From Lepidodermella squamata (lineage: Eukaryota; Animalia; Gastrotricha): a stretch of 64,000 nt of DNA. Numbering within the stretch: the first letter of the stretch is position 1; each line of letters starts with the position of its first letter. Both the position numbers and the translations under genes were made by a program. Below, in pieces: positions 51,129-63,773 of this stretch. Under the pieces are notes generated by a model, which worked only from the letters and a program-made list of their open reading frames with translations, was not told the origin of the DNA and made no database searches. Where the stretch lies: assembly GCA_047495785.1 (NCBI GenBank), contig JBLDXI010000013.1:3596001-3660000 (forward strand), read 5' to 3'.

Positions 51129-51693
51129 CTACTTTCTTCGTGCTCGGCAACAGCAGCAGCAACAACACAGGAAAAAAGCGACCGCTAAGGCTCGGGCTCC
51201 GTAGAACACAGCGCAAATTATAGCCATAATATTGGCACAACCGTATCCATTCGCACAACCTGCGGCCTCCGACATCTCTACGCCATCCGCACTAACGATG
51301 GCGATGACAAGCAAAACAAACCCGATCAAGGATCCTAAGATTGTCGCGATAGATGACAATATTGTTGCTATTAGGCAAAATTTGAACTAAAATTCCACCA
51401 TGAATTCAAATTTGAAATTCTTTACCGCATAGCATTGAGCAGATGCCTCGACCACTGCAAACTGCTCTGAGGCAACAGCAGCAAATAACGACTGCTAGAA
51501 CAAGCTCGGTAACAGACAGGCCGATTACAACGGCGAATGCATTGATCATTTGGTCTTTGCTGCCCCGAAATTGGTCATTGAAAGTCAACGCAAGTCCAGC
51601 ACTTGCGAATGCAAGAGGCAGCACGCTGGAACCCAAATCGGATCCACGGCTGCTCTTTTGCTGCTTCTTGCTTTTTCCTGATTCAACATCCAT
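51129..51693 (-). CDS. Four-TM family member (2 exons)
   Basis: DQFRGSKDQMINAF...VTELV...CCCC | AGCANGYGCANIMAI...FYGARA...CCCCCCCRARRK*. Confidence 0.85.
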
Positions 51694-51811
51694 TTTACTA
51701 TGCCGTGTGTAATTGAAAACAACTCATTATACCAAACTGCCAGAATGTTATGCTGGGAAGTAGGGAGATAAGATATTCAAATACTTCATTTTATTATCAG
51801 CTCGCACTTAT

Positions 51812-52386
51812 CTAGTGCTTTTTTGATCGGCAACAAGAAAAACAACCGCAAAGCAAGTGAACTCCGACAAGAACAGCTCTACCGCCGTAAAATAGGGTGC
51901 AAACGATTGCTAGGATATTCGCACATCCGAAACCATTGACACAACCAGCTGTTTCAGTCATCTCAACGCCATCCGCGCCGGATAGGGCAGTGACTAGTAG
52001 GACGAAGCCAATAACAGATCCAATAATTGACGCAAAGGCAGACATGATAATAGCTGAAAGTAATAAAAATCGGGAAAGTGTTAGAAATTCAGGATGATAA
52101 ACTCACTGCAGACCATAGAGCAGAATCCTCTATCGCAGCAGGCGACTCTGAATCGGCAGCAGCAAATCACGATAGCTAGCATGATTTCAATTGACGAAAA
52201 GGAGATTACGAAGGCGAAAGCGTTGACCATGTCCAGCTTTCGGCCGCGATATCTATCGACTAGAGTTTCTGCCATTCCAGCGCTTGCGAATGCAAGGGGC
52301 AAAATACTGGTCCCGTGGTGACATCCTGTTGTTCCTCCGTGTTTCTCCTCCTTCTTCTCACCGGCTTCTTCGTCGTCACTAGGCAT
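51812..52386 (-). CDS. Four-TM family member (2 exons), tandem paralogue of 51129-51693
   Basis: DRYRGRKLDMVNAF...SIEIM | AGCVNGFGCANILAI...FYGGRA. Confidence 0.85.
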
Positions 52387-53038
52387 TATTTAATAGTTGC
52401 GTGTTCTACAAAAATGACAAGCACCGATCAGTGAAGTAACCGGCAGAACTTAATCAGACTCTGCACATGACGACTTGACTAACACCTAACTCTAGAAGTT
52501 AAAGTGAGTAGTAATGATCTGCTCACGCGGCGATTTATTTGCTTTTGCCCTGAATAAATAGAGACTGGATGAATTCAAGCTCAGGAATTTATATTCGCAA
52601 ACATTCACGGAATCTTCACACATTTCAACATTGTAAGAGATCGAGAAGAATTGTGAGGTATTGTAACTCTGTTATTGGTATCCATCTCTATCAGCTCACT
52701 CAATTTCAATTTCAAAACCCCCTCAGCCCCCTTTCCAGTAAACCTCTCTAAAAAATGAACTTTCATCATTTCCGAAATTCCACCTCAAGAGGGATTCTCT
52801 CTGAAATAAATGTATGGGCCATCAGACCAACATCAGAAAAACCTAGTTAAGTTGTAAAATTTCCAGCTAATTAGAGCTGCGAATTGATCAAAGGACGTTA
52901 GACGCTGCTCAACACTGTTCAAAGACAAAAATTCAAAAGGTATCAATTATTAATTTATTTGAAGTTATAATGTTCGATAGGACAAGGTGTAACAAGGCAG
53001 AAACTTGGAGAGAAACAGCACGAAACGGTTTACGGTCT

Positions 53039-53447
53039 CTAAAAGTAGCCGCCGTTGTATAAGTAGCCGAGGCAATGAGGCGAAAATGGATTCTGACGGC
53101 AAAACAACTGAGCTGCATACGATGCTTCTCATTGTCGATTGACGTTGAGCGTTGTTGAAGCCATCTTGGTAGCTGTTACTGTTACCATTGCCGCGGTTAT
53201 TGTTCGCTCCGCCCCCGAGGATACCTCCAATAGTACCCTACACCTCAAGGAAGTCACGCCGCATCCGCTTTTCGGAATCGACAACTGCCGAGCCTGCGGA
53301 ATCTTCATCAGACTTCAACATCTAAGCTTCTTCATTGAAGGTGGATTTCTGCCTGAGTGGACCTTCGTTTCCGAGTATTCCTTCGGCTTTCGGCGACATT
53401 AAAGCTAAAGCCGAAAGGAAGAACAGCAGAACGCAAACTCGAAACAT
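53039..53447 (-). pseudogene. Disrupted prepropeptide-like gene
   Basis: MFRVCVLLFFLSALALMSPKAEG...EEA*MLKSDEDSAGSAVVDSEKRMRR-DFLEV*GTIGGILGGGANNNRGNGNSNSYQDGF; in-frame TAGs at 53322-53324 and 53238-53240. Confidence 0.55.
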
Positions 53448-53707
53448 GATTCGAAAAAGATGAAACAAATGAAGCGATGAATTAACCTGTGCTGGTATTT
53501 TTAAATTCCGCCGATTTTATGCGCTGGTATCAACGTCAGTTGAACAGGTGACGGTTCACAAACTTGTCACAAATTAATTAATTACATGCTTATTTACTTT
53601 TGCGTCATAACTGGTTGTTCGATGTTTCGTTTTGCTTAATTGCAAACGCTTTCATCCGACGGAAAAGAAAAATACACAATACACGCAATCACATTGAAGT
53701 TTCTAAC

Positions 53708-53785
53708 TTAGCTTGAACTAGGTTAAACGAAGTTAACCTAGCTTGAACGTCTAAGCTAGCTTGAACGAGGTTAAACGAAGTTAAC
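53708..53785. repeat. Short compound direct repeat
   Basis: tagcttgaac x3; tagcttgaac(t/g)aggttaaacgaagttaac x2. Confidence 0.8.
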
Positions 53786-54578
53786 GTGAAAAAGCTGTTC
53801 TCGCACACGCGTTTTCTCGCTCATTTTTACAGCGGCGTCATCTGGAGATTACCTCCATTTTTCTATCCTCACTTCGACCATGGGCCAAAATGAGAAGAAA
53901 CCCCTCAGTTCTCAGCATTTAAAAGTAATCTCAGCATGTAAAGACGAAAAACTGTCGTTTGGCATTAGTTCTATGAGTGCTCAAAATACGGTTGTGCACA
54001 ACTCGAGCGCCAGGGAAATTTTCAAATGATTTATATTTTTGCGGCAATTTCCTGCTTAACGTCAAGAATCTGCTGCTTTGACAAAATTTGATCTGGCAAA
54101 TCCGACACACATGCTCCTTTGACCTCCGGTTGAGCATATTTTGAGCACTCGTTGAGCAAACTAAGCACCAGTTGTGCACTTAGCTCAACGGACATTTATA
54201 TTATTATTCCTTTTCGGAAATATAGTTACAGTTACGAGATTTAAGCTGCGAACTATTTTCATTCGTTTCCTTGGATTCCATAGCCCAGCGTGAGTAATGT
54301 TGCTTAAAATGTCTAAAATCTGATTTACTGATATTTCGCGTTTACTCCGGAAGCATTTTTAATTCCTAGCGCATCCACGTTTTACCGACTCGGAGATAAT
54401 TTCACAATAGAGCTGGAAAATTAATTCCGAAATGAACAATATTTGGTCTCCATCTCTATTATAGTGAGATTTTCTCCGATTCGGTGATAAGTGCTGCGCT
54501 CCATTTTAAATTTCTAATGTGCGATAACAATTTCCCTTCATAAAGGTTGCATTCTTGGTTTGATCATTTTGTCTACAG

Positions 54579-55089
54579 ATGGATATCCTGGATGCTTTGC
54601 TTCTTGTGGCGCTTTTCGCGGCTTTTCCTCACAGAGCCAGCGGCGATTTTTGGGACGCGTTGGGTGGCGTTCTCGGTGGATTTTCTGGAGCTGACGAGCC
54701 GAACACAGCCCAACATAATTACGACGGCTACGGTTACCCGATTTCAGATCGAGCGATGACAGCCGAAAAAGAACGTTCTATGGGAAATTTCGGTAAGAAA
54801 GTGTTTATTTCAACCTATCGTTGCGTATATGTTACGTATATATTTTTAAGGTGGCTCACTTGGGCGATTAGTTGCTGAGCAAGCCTTGGGCGATCGATTT
54901 GTCTCCGGCTTGCCTCCGAGGCGAAATTCAATCGACGGCTCCATCATTCGTGAGGATCACACTCGACGGCAATACAAACAACCCGCGTTAATTTTTCACC
55001 GACACATCCGTCCCAGTATATACCAGCCACGGCCCGAATACGCAAGTGATTACGACCAACCTATCCCTGTTAACCGCCGGCAAAGCTGA
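54579..55089 (+). CDS. Small secreted protein of unknown function (2 coding exons)
   Basis: Signal-like MDILDALLLVALFAAFPHRASG then DFWDALGGVLGG...; gtaaga...ttttaag intron joins the two ORFs; AATAAA near 55249. Confidence 0.65.
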
Positions 55090-58000
55090 GACCGTTACGT
55101 TTTGTTGACCGCCTCACAAAATCGGCCATCCTTTCACATTCGCAACTACTGCCAACCGGTTCTGTAATTCTCATTGCATTCTGATTATGATTATAATTGC
55201 ATTATTCACTTGAATCCTATCGCGATTGTTTCCTTACTCAAACGACTGAATAAAAGTCTTCCTGAATTGCCATTAAGTTATTCTTTAGTGGGATAGCATT
55301 TGAAAGATACCGAAATATAACTGAATCCGATGATCTTTACCAGAAAGCTGAAAAGCCGGATAATTCAAACTCTCATCCTCAAGCCGCTATTCCGACCTGG
55401 TACTAGAGCTAAATACATTCGAATCAGCAGCGTTTTCAGGTTTATTGTCTTTGGGAAAACATGATATCAAATAGCTGGCTGAGATATTGTAGACGTGTTT
55501 TCCAGCTGATTTCAGAGAGCTCAAAGCTTTAGAGATCGCGGCGGCATGCATCCGATGATTTAGTGCTCTGAGCGCGCTGTGTCTATTGCGTCTACCGAGA
55601 CGTAGAAGAATATGAAAGACAAATTTAAAATCGCAGTGATTAAAAGCGTCTAGCGAACAGTTGTGTCGTGTTCGTGTGGTGCTGCAACCAAGCCGATTCA
55701 AATTTCAGTCGCTAGCCGCCTCCAATTTCATAATTTTAAGCTCAGCCTCATCACAGCAGTCGACTTCAAAACATGGCTAGGTTAAATTCAGCTGTCGTAA
55801 TTATGGGATGATACTCAAAACCACGGCTTCAACCTCTTCCTAACTAATAGTCACGTCGACTCTCCTCCGCCTAGGTTCGTGGTTTCATTTCAATTTTCTA
55901 AAGACAGATGTGCGTCTCGCCTACGCTCAAACTTCTCAAATTACCTGTAATGCTCCTCATGCTCACTGTCGAGTGAAGATGCGATGTCATTCTTCCTTTT
56001 ACATGCTGTTGGAAAGCAGCTAAATTCTTCAAAGAGGTAAGCGTTATTTTTTGATTCTACACAATTTCGCTGACTTGTCATTTATATTCAGCCATAAGAG
56101 GGTCCCTGATGTGCCCAGTCAATTTTCGGTGAAGGGTCTCCTCTCTACTGCTGGATCCAGCAAGTTCTACAATTCTGGGTCAGAACAATCGCCAAATTCC
56201 TACTTCCAACAAACAGCACGCGCCAGTATTTTCCTATAATTACTCTCATCGTTAAGTATTCAAACAGTGTATCAACTCAAAGCTAAAACCTTTGCCCCAT
56301 TAAACTTATGTTACAAGCAATCCAGATAAACTATGTTTAAGAATAGACTGTCATGTAACACCTCAATAGTTTTACCACATAGCAGGCGGATTTTGTTAAT
56401 TACTGGGAACACCATTTTACTTTTACCATAGTCGATATAATTTTTTCACGAGCACGAAAATTCAACTCCAGCTCTGATTTTGCGATTGCCAATTGGCAAC
56501 CGAACTTAGAAATAGACACTAGAATTCGAATTCATACGGTTGATGGGTTCATCATGGGGTAGTGGATGAGTGGAATTTTACGGGAATAAGTGATCTTTGG
56601 CATTGTAACCGGCGAATCTCCTTTTGCATGTCATCAGTATCTCTTCGCCACTCAGCTATATCCCTTTTCAGTGGCTACAGATTTTTCCTAGAGATAGCGA
56701 ATTCGGCAAACCGCCAATGGGTGCGCCAAGTTATTTCTTCCTGCTTCGCCAGCACCGCCTCGAAGCCAAACAGCGTCGCTAACAAAGCGCAGGGTATCAC
56801 TAACCAGGGTCAAATCATACCCGCCTTCCGCAGTTACTGGCCATAACCAATCGTCAGCATGACAACCCAAAGGGACTACAGCTGCTCGCACTCATTCGCC
56901 TTGCAAGCCGAAAACTGTTGAAACCTTCCAAGAAATCGATCATCGCACGCTCGGCGGGCGTCAGGTGTTGGCCCTGAAAACGCCAGGAAAACTATCGTCA
57001 ACGTCCACGGTAAGAGGTCGAACCACGGCCACCTGAGCTGAGTTGGCTAGAGATAGTTGCTAAATTTTCGACAAAGGGGTTTGTGGGACCAGAGGAATTT
57101 CATGGGAGTAAGTAATGGGAGTACGTGATGGAGTTAGTGATGAGTGTAACCTCGTTACTTTCAACTCAAGGTTACTGGAATAAAGGCGGACTCAGTTATA
57201 ACAGTTATATAAGGGGAATATAGTGGCGCACTGGATCGAGTGCCCCCTCATAATCACAAAATTTAGATGAGTGATCGGAAAATTGGGCCATCTGCGATTT
57301 TTGAAAACTAACTTGTGATGAGTGATGAGTGAGAGAGGTCAATCCTCATATCCAGCATGAAGTATGACACATTCCTCACTCGTAATTAGACACCGAACTT
57401 AGAGATGCAGAATGTTAATGTGTGGGCGAGCGGATCTTTTTAACTGGCAACTCCTTCTTTAACGAAATTCGATGAAATGTGAAGCCCCACAAATCACTGG
57501 TGTATTTAATTAGGAAAACGACACGCACGCGCTTAACCATTTATATCTTATACAAAGTAGTGAACGAGACACTGAGACTTATATCCCCATCAAACTTGCA
57601 TCAGGTGAAGTGGTGCGGTCCAACTGGTTAGCTCGTGTTCGAACGTAGTAATTCGGATAATGCGTTCGGCGTCCGGAAGCCATGTTGTACAGTGCTTCTT
57701 GCCGTCGGTGAATTTGCGCTCGTCGAAGGTTGCCACAATTCGATCCATGAAGTTAGTATGATGATTCGTAAGATGACTTATCGAGAAAACCGTGTGTTGA
57801 ATGGCGAACTTTGAACACTGTTTTCCAGGTCACACACTCAAAATTCAAGTTATAAAGCGAATTCTAGATCTTATAGACGATAGACGTAGATCCGAACACT
57901 AGAATTTGAGATTTATGTCTCTACTTCCGAGTTTTGTCAACTTTGCACGATGACCAGATTCCTCAGATTTGAGGCTGTATCTCGACAAGTTATAGTAACA

Positions 58001-58477
58001 GCGTTATCGCATTTTATGTTCACAATCATGTAAGCTAATTAATTTACGAAATATATTTGCTGTGCTAAGTGCTAAGTGTGTGAATGGATATTGAATAAAT
58101 TCGGAATTTGATTCTCTCATTGTCTTTTCTGAGTGTTTTCAGCCCCGGCGTTGTTATTAGCAACAGAAGGCTGGTCATTTACATAGGTCCCATCAACTTT
58201 ATTGCCAATATAACCCGGAGAAGAGGCAAATGGTGCCGGCCCGTTGGTCTTCAGTTGCTGCCATAAATTCAGCAATAAGTTCTTGACCGGCTGGGCTGCC
58301 GTGTTCCTTGTTCCAGATCCTTTGCCTGGGATTAGCCAGACTCTAGAATTTTGGGGATCGCTGATCGATTATTGGCTCCGATTTCAGCCTTTCAATTACT
58401 TCAATTTCAGATGCTTTATTAAAATCGTACACTAGTTATAAAGTAACAAGCAAACATGTGGTCTATGATTTTTCGGC

Positions 58478-60288
58478 TCAACGCGACTGGATTATAATCT
58501 CATATGCTGGCGACAGGTTAATTAGGCCGGACAAATATTCATTGAGATTCACCGGCTTCGACAATCTGAACGAAAATTTGCGCAAGATAGACGTCAAGAA
58601 CAGGAAATACTCGACTCGCGCCAGTGATTCGCCCAAGCAGATGCGGGGTCCAATGCCAAACGGCATGAAGTGCGACGAATGGCTCAGCAGCTTACCGTTG
58701 CTTTCATCTATCCAACGGTCAGGCTGAAACACGTCCGGATCTTGCCAGTATTTAGCGTCATGGTGGACACCCGCGACATTGTAAATAATTAGAGTATTCT
58801 GAGGAACATCGTAACCCGCGATTTTGGCTTGGCAATCCAGGTTCGAATGAAACAGCGCAACAGGGGCGATTGTAACTTTACGAAGTATCTCATTCATGAT
58901 GGCATCCAAGTAGACCAATTTAGGCCGATCAGCCAGGCTAGGCTGTCGATCTGTGTCGTAAAACGAGTCGATACAATCGTGACATTTCTTCTGGATTTCC
59001 GGGTATGTCGCCAGGTGAAGAAGGGTCCAGCTGAGCGCCGTTGCTGTTGTTTCAGTACCAGCCATAAACATGTCGACCATGACGAAGGTGAAGTCGCGAA
59101 TAGACATTTTCTCACCGTTGGGGTCTCGTTCCATTTGGATGAACAAATCTGGGAAGTCGCGGATGTTTTCCTCGTTGTAGTCTTTACGGTGATCTTCTAT
59201 CGCTTCGATCAACATCTTTTCAACGTAGTCAGCAATTTCCAAATGAGCTGTGGTCTGTGGGTTCCAGTTATTTAATGGAACTAAACTTGAAGGTCTAGAA
59301 TGACTTACTTCGCGAGGTTGAGTGAAGTTATCGAGGATGGGAAACGCAAGATATTTGGTTCTCCCGCCAGTCATGTTTCGCGCAAGCTCGGCAATGTTGT
59401 GTAACAGCTTCTGAAATGTTGGATCTCCATACTCAAATCTGCAATAAAAAAGCATTTAATGAGCTATTTAATTAAAAGAGAAAAACGCAGTACAAAAACG
59501 GTGCGAGTCCAAAGCTATTAGGATCTAAAATTTCGCTCATTTCAAATATTTCTATTGATTTTCGGTGAATTTCTTTAGATACGGCTAGAAACTATAGGCT
59601 TAAAAACGGAGCCAAATAAAAAATTGCCCACAGATTTCATCCTTGATTTAGATTTCGCATACCTTTTTCCGAAAACGAATTCGCTGACAACATTTGAAAC
59701 GGCATTGGCGATTAGTTCTCGAGGGTCAAATGGCTTGCTGACGTGCTTCGACATTTCATCAAGGAGCTGTTCGATTTCGAACAAAATTTTCGTCACCATA
59801 GCATCCTTTCCCATTCCTATTTTTAGGAAATATTTTTATAACAGCGATATTGGTCTTTTGAGTCATTTAATACCGAAGTCTCGCATAGCTTTCAGGCCGA
59901 AACGCCGATGCCTTCGCCACTGGTCATTGCTAGTCATTAGAACGCCGTTGTTGACGGCCCCCATTGTTGGCAGAAAATCAGAGCCTCTGGAGCTGAAAAC
60001 CTTAGACTGATTAACGAGAACTTCGCGAATCAGCTCGGCATCGTTGAGGACGAGGGCGCGGAACTGGCCCAAGTACATCGTAGCGATAGGGCCGTATTGA
60101 TCGCCGAGATCACAGAAAAATTGCCACACTTTCCTCGCCTTCACATCAGCCGGGTTTGGGAAATATACGGCGGTACCGAGAAAGGGCACTGGTGTTGGAC
60201 CCGGTGGCAGTTTGTATCGTTTGTCAAGGAGATAACGATAGGAACCATAGAGAAAAACTGCGGCGGGAATTGCTGCCAGATGCCACAT
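58478..60288 (-). CDS. Cytochrome P450, CYP2 clan (3-4 exons)
   Basis: Membrane anchor + LPPGP; WRRHRRF; AGTETT; EILR; PDRW; heme motif FGIGPRICLGESLA. Confidence 0.96.
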
Positions 60289-60963
60289 TTTTTCTGATTT
60301 TTCTAGAAATATTTGATGAAATGGATTTTATAGCTTTTTTGAATGAACTACCTACCTTTTTTACACGCGCGATGTTTTTTTGCTCCTGGACAAAACGTGC
60401 TCCCTGTCTCAAGTCAGGGTTATTTTCTTGCTTTGTCGTAGTGCCTAGTGCCGCTTCTATTGATTAATACTACGTTTTTTGTACGAGACAAAAGCACACA
60501 CCTGGCGCTTATTTATGAATAATTGAACTACAGGTGTTTTGGACAAAAAAATAAACTAGACTATTCCACTGCACTACATAAGATGGCCGAAGACTAATAG
60601 GATTATTCGGGGGATGCATATTCTTTCATTCAAAAAATTCTTCAGAGGGAAAATGATATCTCATTTTTTTCAAGCTGGAACGCTCTCACATTTTTCAATG
60701 CAAATTTTCTAAAATTTTAACTTTGATTTTAGTTTTGAATCTAATTTCCAAATTTTACAAATTTTAAAAAAATTTCGAAAAATTGCCTGCTCTCGATTTT
60801 TTTTGCCTCAAACGCCTCGATTCACTCTCGCTGGGTATTACTCACGCTTCGAATTGCAGTTTTTTGAGAATTTTCAATATTATAGCTCTTGAGTTTTTCA
60901 ATTTTATTCGAATTTTCCTTCACACTGCATCGGCAAAAAACGCACACCATATAGGTAATAACA

Positions 60964-61935
60964 TTAATAAGTGGTGACAGGGCGCTTCTTGATATAAGCA
61001 GCCACATTTGGGTGCTCCTCGACAGTCTCGCGAATTGAAGCCAAACCAGGGTACTCAGCTTTGAATTCTTCCCATGCTATAATAGCCGGACGCTCCGCAG
61101 CTATTTAAAAATCAATAACAAAATTGGAATAAATAATAATTCAAAGCAGCCCTTACCAACGGGGAAAACGATGTATTCAGTTGTCAACGTGTGTATGATG
61201 GAAGCGAAGGCGAAATCAGCGTAGGTGAACTAAACAGAGACCACAAAAGGATCAATTCTGTTACATTTATCGCTAAAAAGAATTTTGTTACCGAATCGCC
61301 TCCGGCTAAATATTTTGTTCCACCGGCTTTGAACGTTTTTTCCATAAATTTGAAAATCGGCGGCATTTGTTTAGTCTTCATTTCATCGATATAAGCCATC
61401 TTTTTAGGAACATCAGGCTCGAGAACAATTTTAGCGGTACCTTCGAGAAGCTCGTGAATGCTAAACAAAATGTCATTCTTTAATAACAAATAATCGCTAA
61501 ATTTTACGAAAATTACCATTCGTACATCTCATCGGCCAGAAGAGATTCCTGAGGATTTTTCCCGTTGAGATTGTACCATCGAGCAATTGTTCGCAGAATA
61601 GCGCCTGACTGGGAAAGAGTTTGATGGTTGCCATTTTCGTCGTCATAATCCAGAGTTGGCACTTGGCCAACAGGTGTAGCTGGAAATTCGAAAATTCATC
61701 GAATATTGCGCAAAAAATGCAGGAGATCAAATTCACTTGGTTTCAATTTCACCCATTCATCCATGTCGGCGAATCGGTGGTCTTCGAAGGGAACCTGGAA
61801 ATTATTATAGAGCGGGTTTTTGTTGATAAATCAATGAATTGTTACGTTTAGGTAGGCCAGGGTTAGGCGTATCGGCTCCGCCCTGCTTCGGCCCGGGAAA
61901 TAAGTCAATTTAAGATTTTTCATGCTAGCTGCCAT
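60964..61935 (-). CDS. Glutathione S-transferase, sigma-like, multi-exon
   Basis: KLTYFPGRSRAEPIRL; PFED; GQVP; QSGAILR; YLAGGDS|FTYADF; W..KRP.T. Confidence 0.92.
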
Positions 61936-62138
61936 TGTATTAAAATTCTAAAATTATTGAGAAGTGTTAAATTGTCTGACTTTGGACAGAACGCTATTCA
62001 TGGTGATGAGATACAAACGCATGTTTTGTCATCTACTTGAGTGAGCGATCCTCGAAAAGGTCACATGACGCTCTACAAAAAACGACATCTGGTCGACGTG
62101 CGCAATTATTTAGAGCTCGATTTTCATTGATGCTTGCC

Positions 62139-62288
62139 TTCGTCAAAAATAAGTGCAAAAAATAAGCGCGTTTCAACTTTGTCCAATTTCAATCCGCGCA
62201 CCCACTCGTATAACAAAATCCCCCATGCCGCTGTCCGACAAAAAAGTAGGTCAAATTCGCAGCGGGTTCTAGACACAAAAAAATCACT
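62139..62288. promoter_or_regulatory. Conserved non-coding block upstream of GST-1, homologous to 63834-63997 upstream of GST-2
   Basis: Both loci share cttcgtcaa...gcaaaaaa(a)taag...tccaatttcaat and aatcccc.(.)gccgctgtccgacaaaaa(a)gt.ggtcaaattc.cagcg.gttct. Confidence 0.55.
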
Positions 62289-62816
62289 TGCTAGTCCGTG
62301 ATGAATTTTAATTGAACCAACTGATTTTCAGCATAGCTAACAGCTTTTGGGCGCCGTGTACCGCCATCAATCAGGGTTTCGCCAGAGTTTTCGAACCTCT
62401 ACCAAGTTCTATGCGGTTTCGTTAAGCTATTTTTCATTATATTTTCATTCAGGTGCTTTCAAAACAGCAATTTAGTCGCGATTTCTTCGAAGCAACCTCT
62501 GCCATTGGCCATTGGCCCCGGTCTCATCAGGTTGAAATTTTCGAAAACCTGGAAAATATTTCGACAATATTAGACATTTTTATAATTTCTATTCAGGAAG
62601 TTGAGGAAAATGTCATCCTTTATTTTTAAACTATCGACACATGAAGAATCAAGTTAAAGCTAGTTTTATCGCAACTCGTCTCGTGAAAGCTTCTTCAATG
62701 TTATTTTCTCTCGTAAGATAGTAAGATAGACGGCAGCTTATAGCTCAAGTGCCTTTCAAGTCTTTAAGCAAAATCAAGCATTATTTTCGTCAAATGGTCA
62801 AAGTTTTGCCAATAAT

Positions 62817-63773
62817 TCAGAATGTGCTTTGAGGGCGCTTCTGAATCCAAGCGGCAATGCTAGGAATAGCTTCAACGGTCTTGCGAACTTGAGCCAGTTC
62901 AGGAAACTTGGCCTCGAACTCCTCAATGGTCAACAAAGCGTCGCGTCTGGCAGCTAAATAAGAAGTAGAAAATACAGAAAATAAACATATTAACTTCACC
63001 AACTGGGCATAACGTTATATTCGTGAGTTGCGAATGCGACAGCAGCGATAAAAGACATATCAGCATACGTCAGCTATGAAAAAAATTAATCATTATATTA
63101 TTAATTATTAGAAAAATGAATATAATGAATTACCGAATCGCCACCAGCGACAAATTTTCCGCCTCCCTCCTTGTGAATTTTAGTCAACAAGTTGAACACA
63201 GCCATCAGCTGACCGTCCTTGAAGGCATTGAAAGCCTGTTCCTTCTTAGCAGGATCCTGTTCCCAAACGATCTTAGCGTTGGTTGGAAAAAAATCCTGGA
63301 TGCTAAATTATATCAAGCGTTAAGAATTGAGCGCGTAAAAATACTCAGATTTGTTCACCTTTCGTAGATGATATCGGCACTTGTGATTTCCTTCTCGGTT
63401 TTGCCCAGGAAGTCGAAACGGCGAGCAAGAGCTCGCAGAATCGCTCCGGACTGAACCATGCAGTGATGCTGGCCGTTTTCGTCGTCAAACTCGAAAATCG
63501 GCAGTTGACCGATTGGGGTAGCTATAATCAAACAAAATTCAAAGACTGAAATCATCAATTTTCAATAAAAACTTACTAGGCTTGACTTTTCCCCAGTCAG
63601 CTACCGGGACGCGTACGTCTTCAAACGGGATCTGTTAGAAATTACTCTTGACATTAAAAGCTTAAATTCGAGGTCAAACTCACGTTGAGGTATGCCAAGG
63701 CTATGCGAGTTGCTTCGGCCTTTCCTTGGCCGGGAAAGTAGGTCACCTTGGCGTTCTTGATAACGGGAGCCAT
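62817..63773 (-). CDS. Glutathione S-transferase, sigma-like, tandem paralogue
   Basis: KVTYFPGQGKAEATRI; IPFEDVR; GQLP; QSGAILR; TYAD; IAAWIQKRPQSTF*. Confidence 0.92.

Noticed and set aside
53238-53324. TAG reassignment or alternative genetic code
   Set aside because: TAG is the normal stop of intact genes here (e.g. M4 at 18641-18643 followed by AATAAA, SLC5 at 50800-50802); pseudogenisation is simpler.
55380-58240. Exon-like fragments (e.g. 56580-56975 minus, coiled-coil-like with an internal stop; 55900-56240 plus)
   Set aside because: No consistent open reading frame or family motif; probably decayed gene or transposon sequence that I cannot assign.
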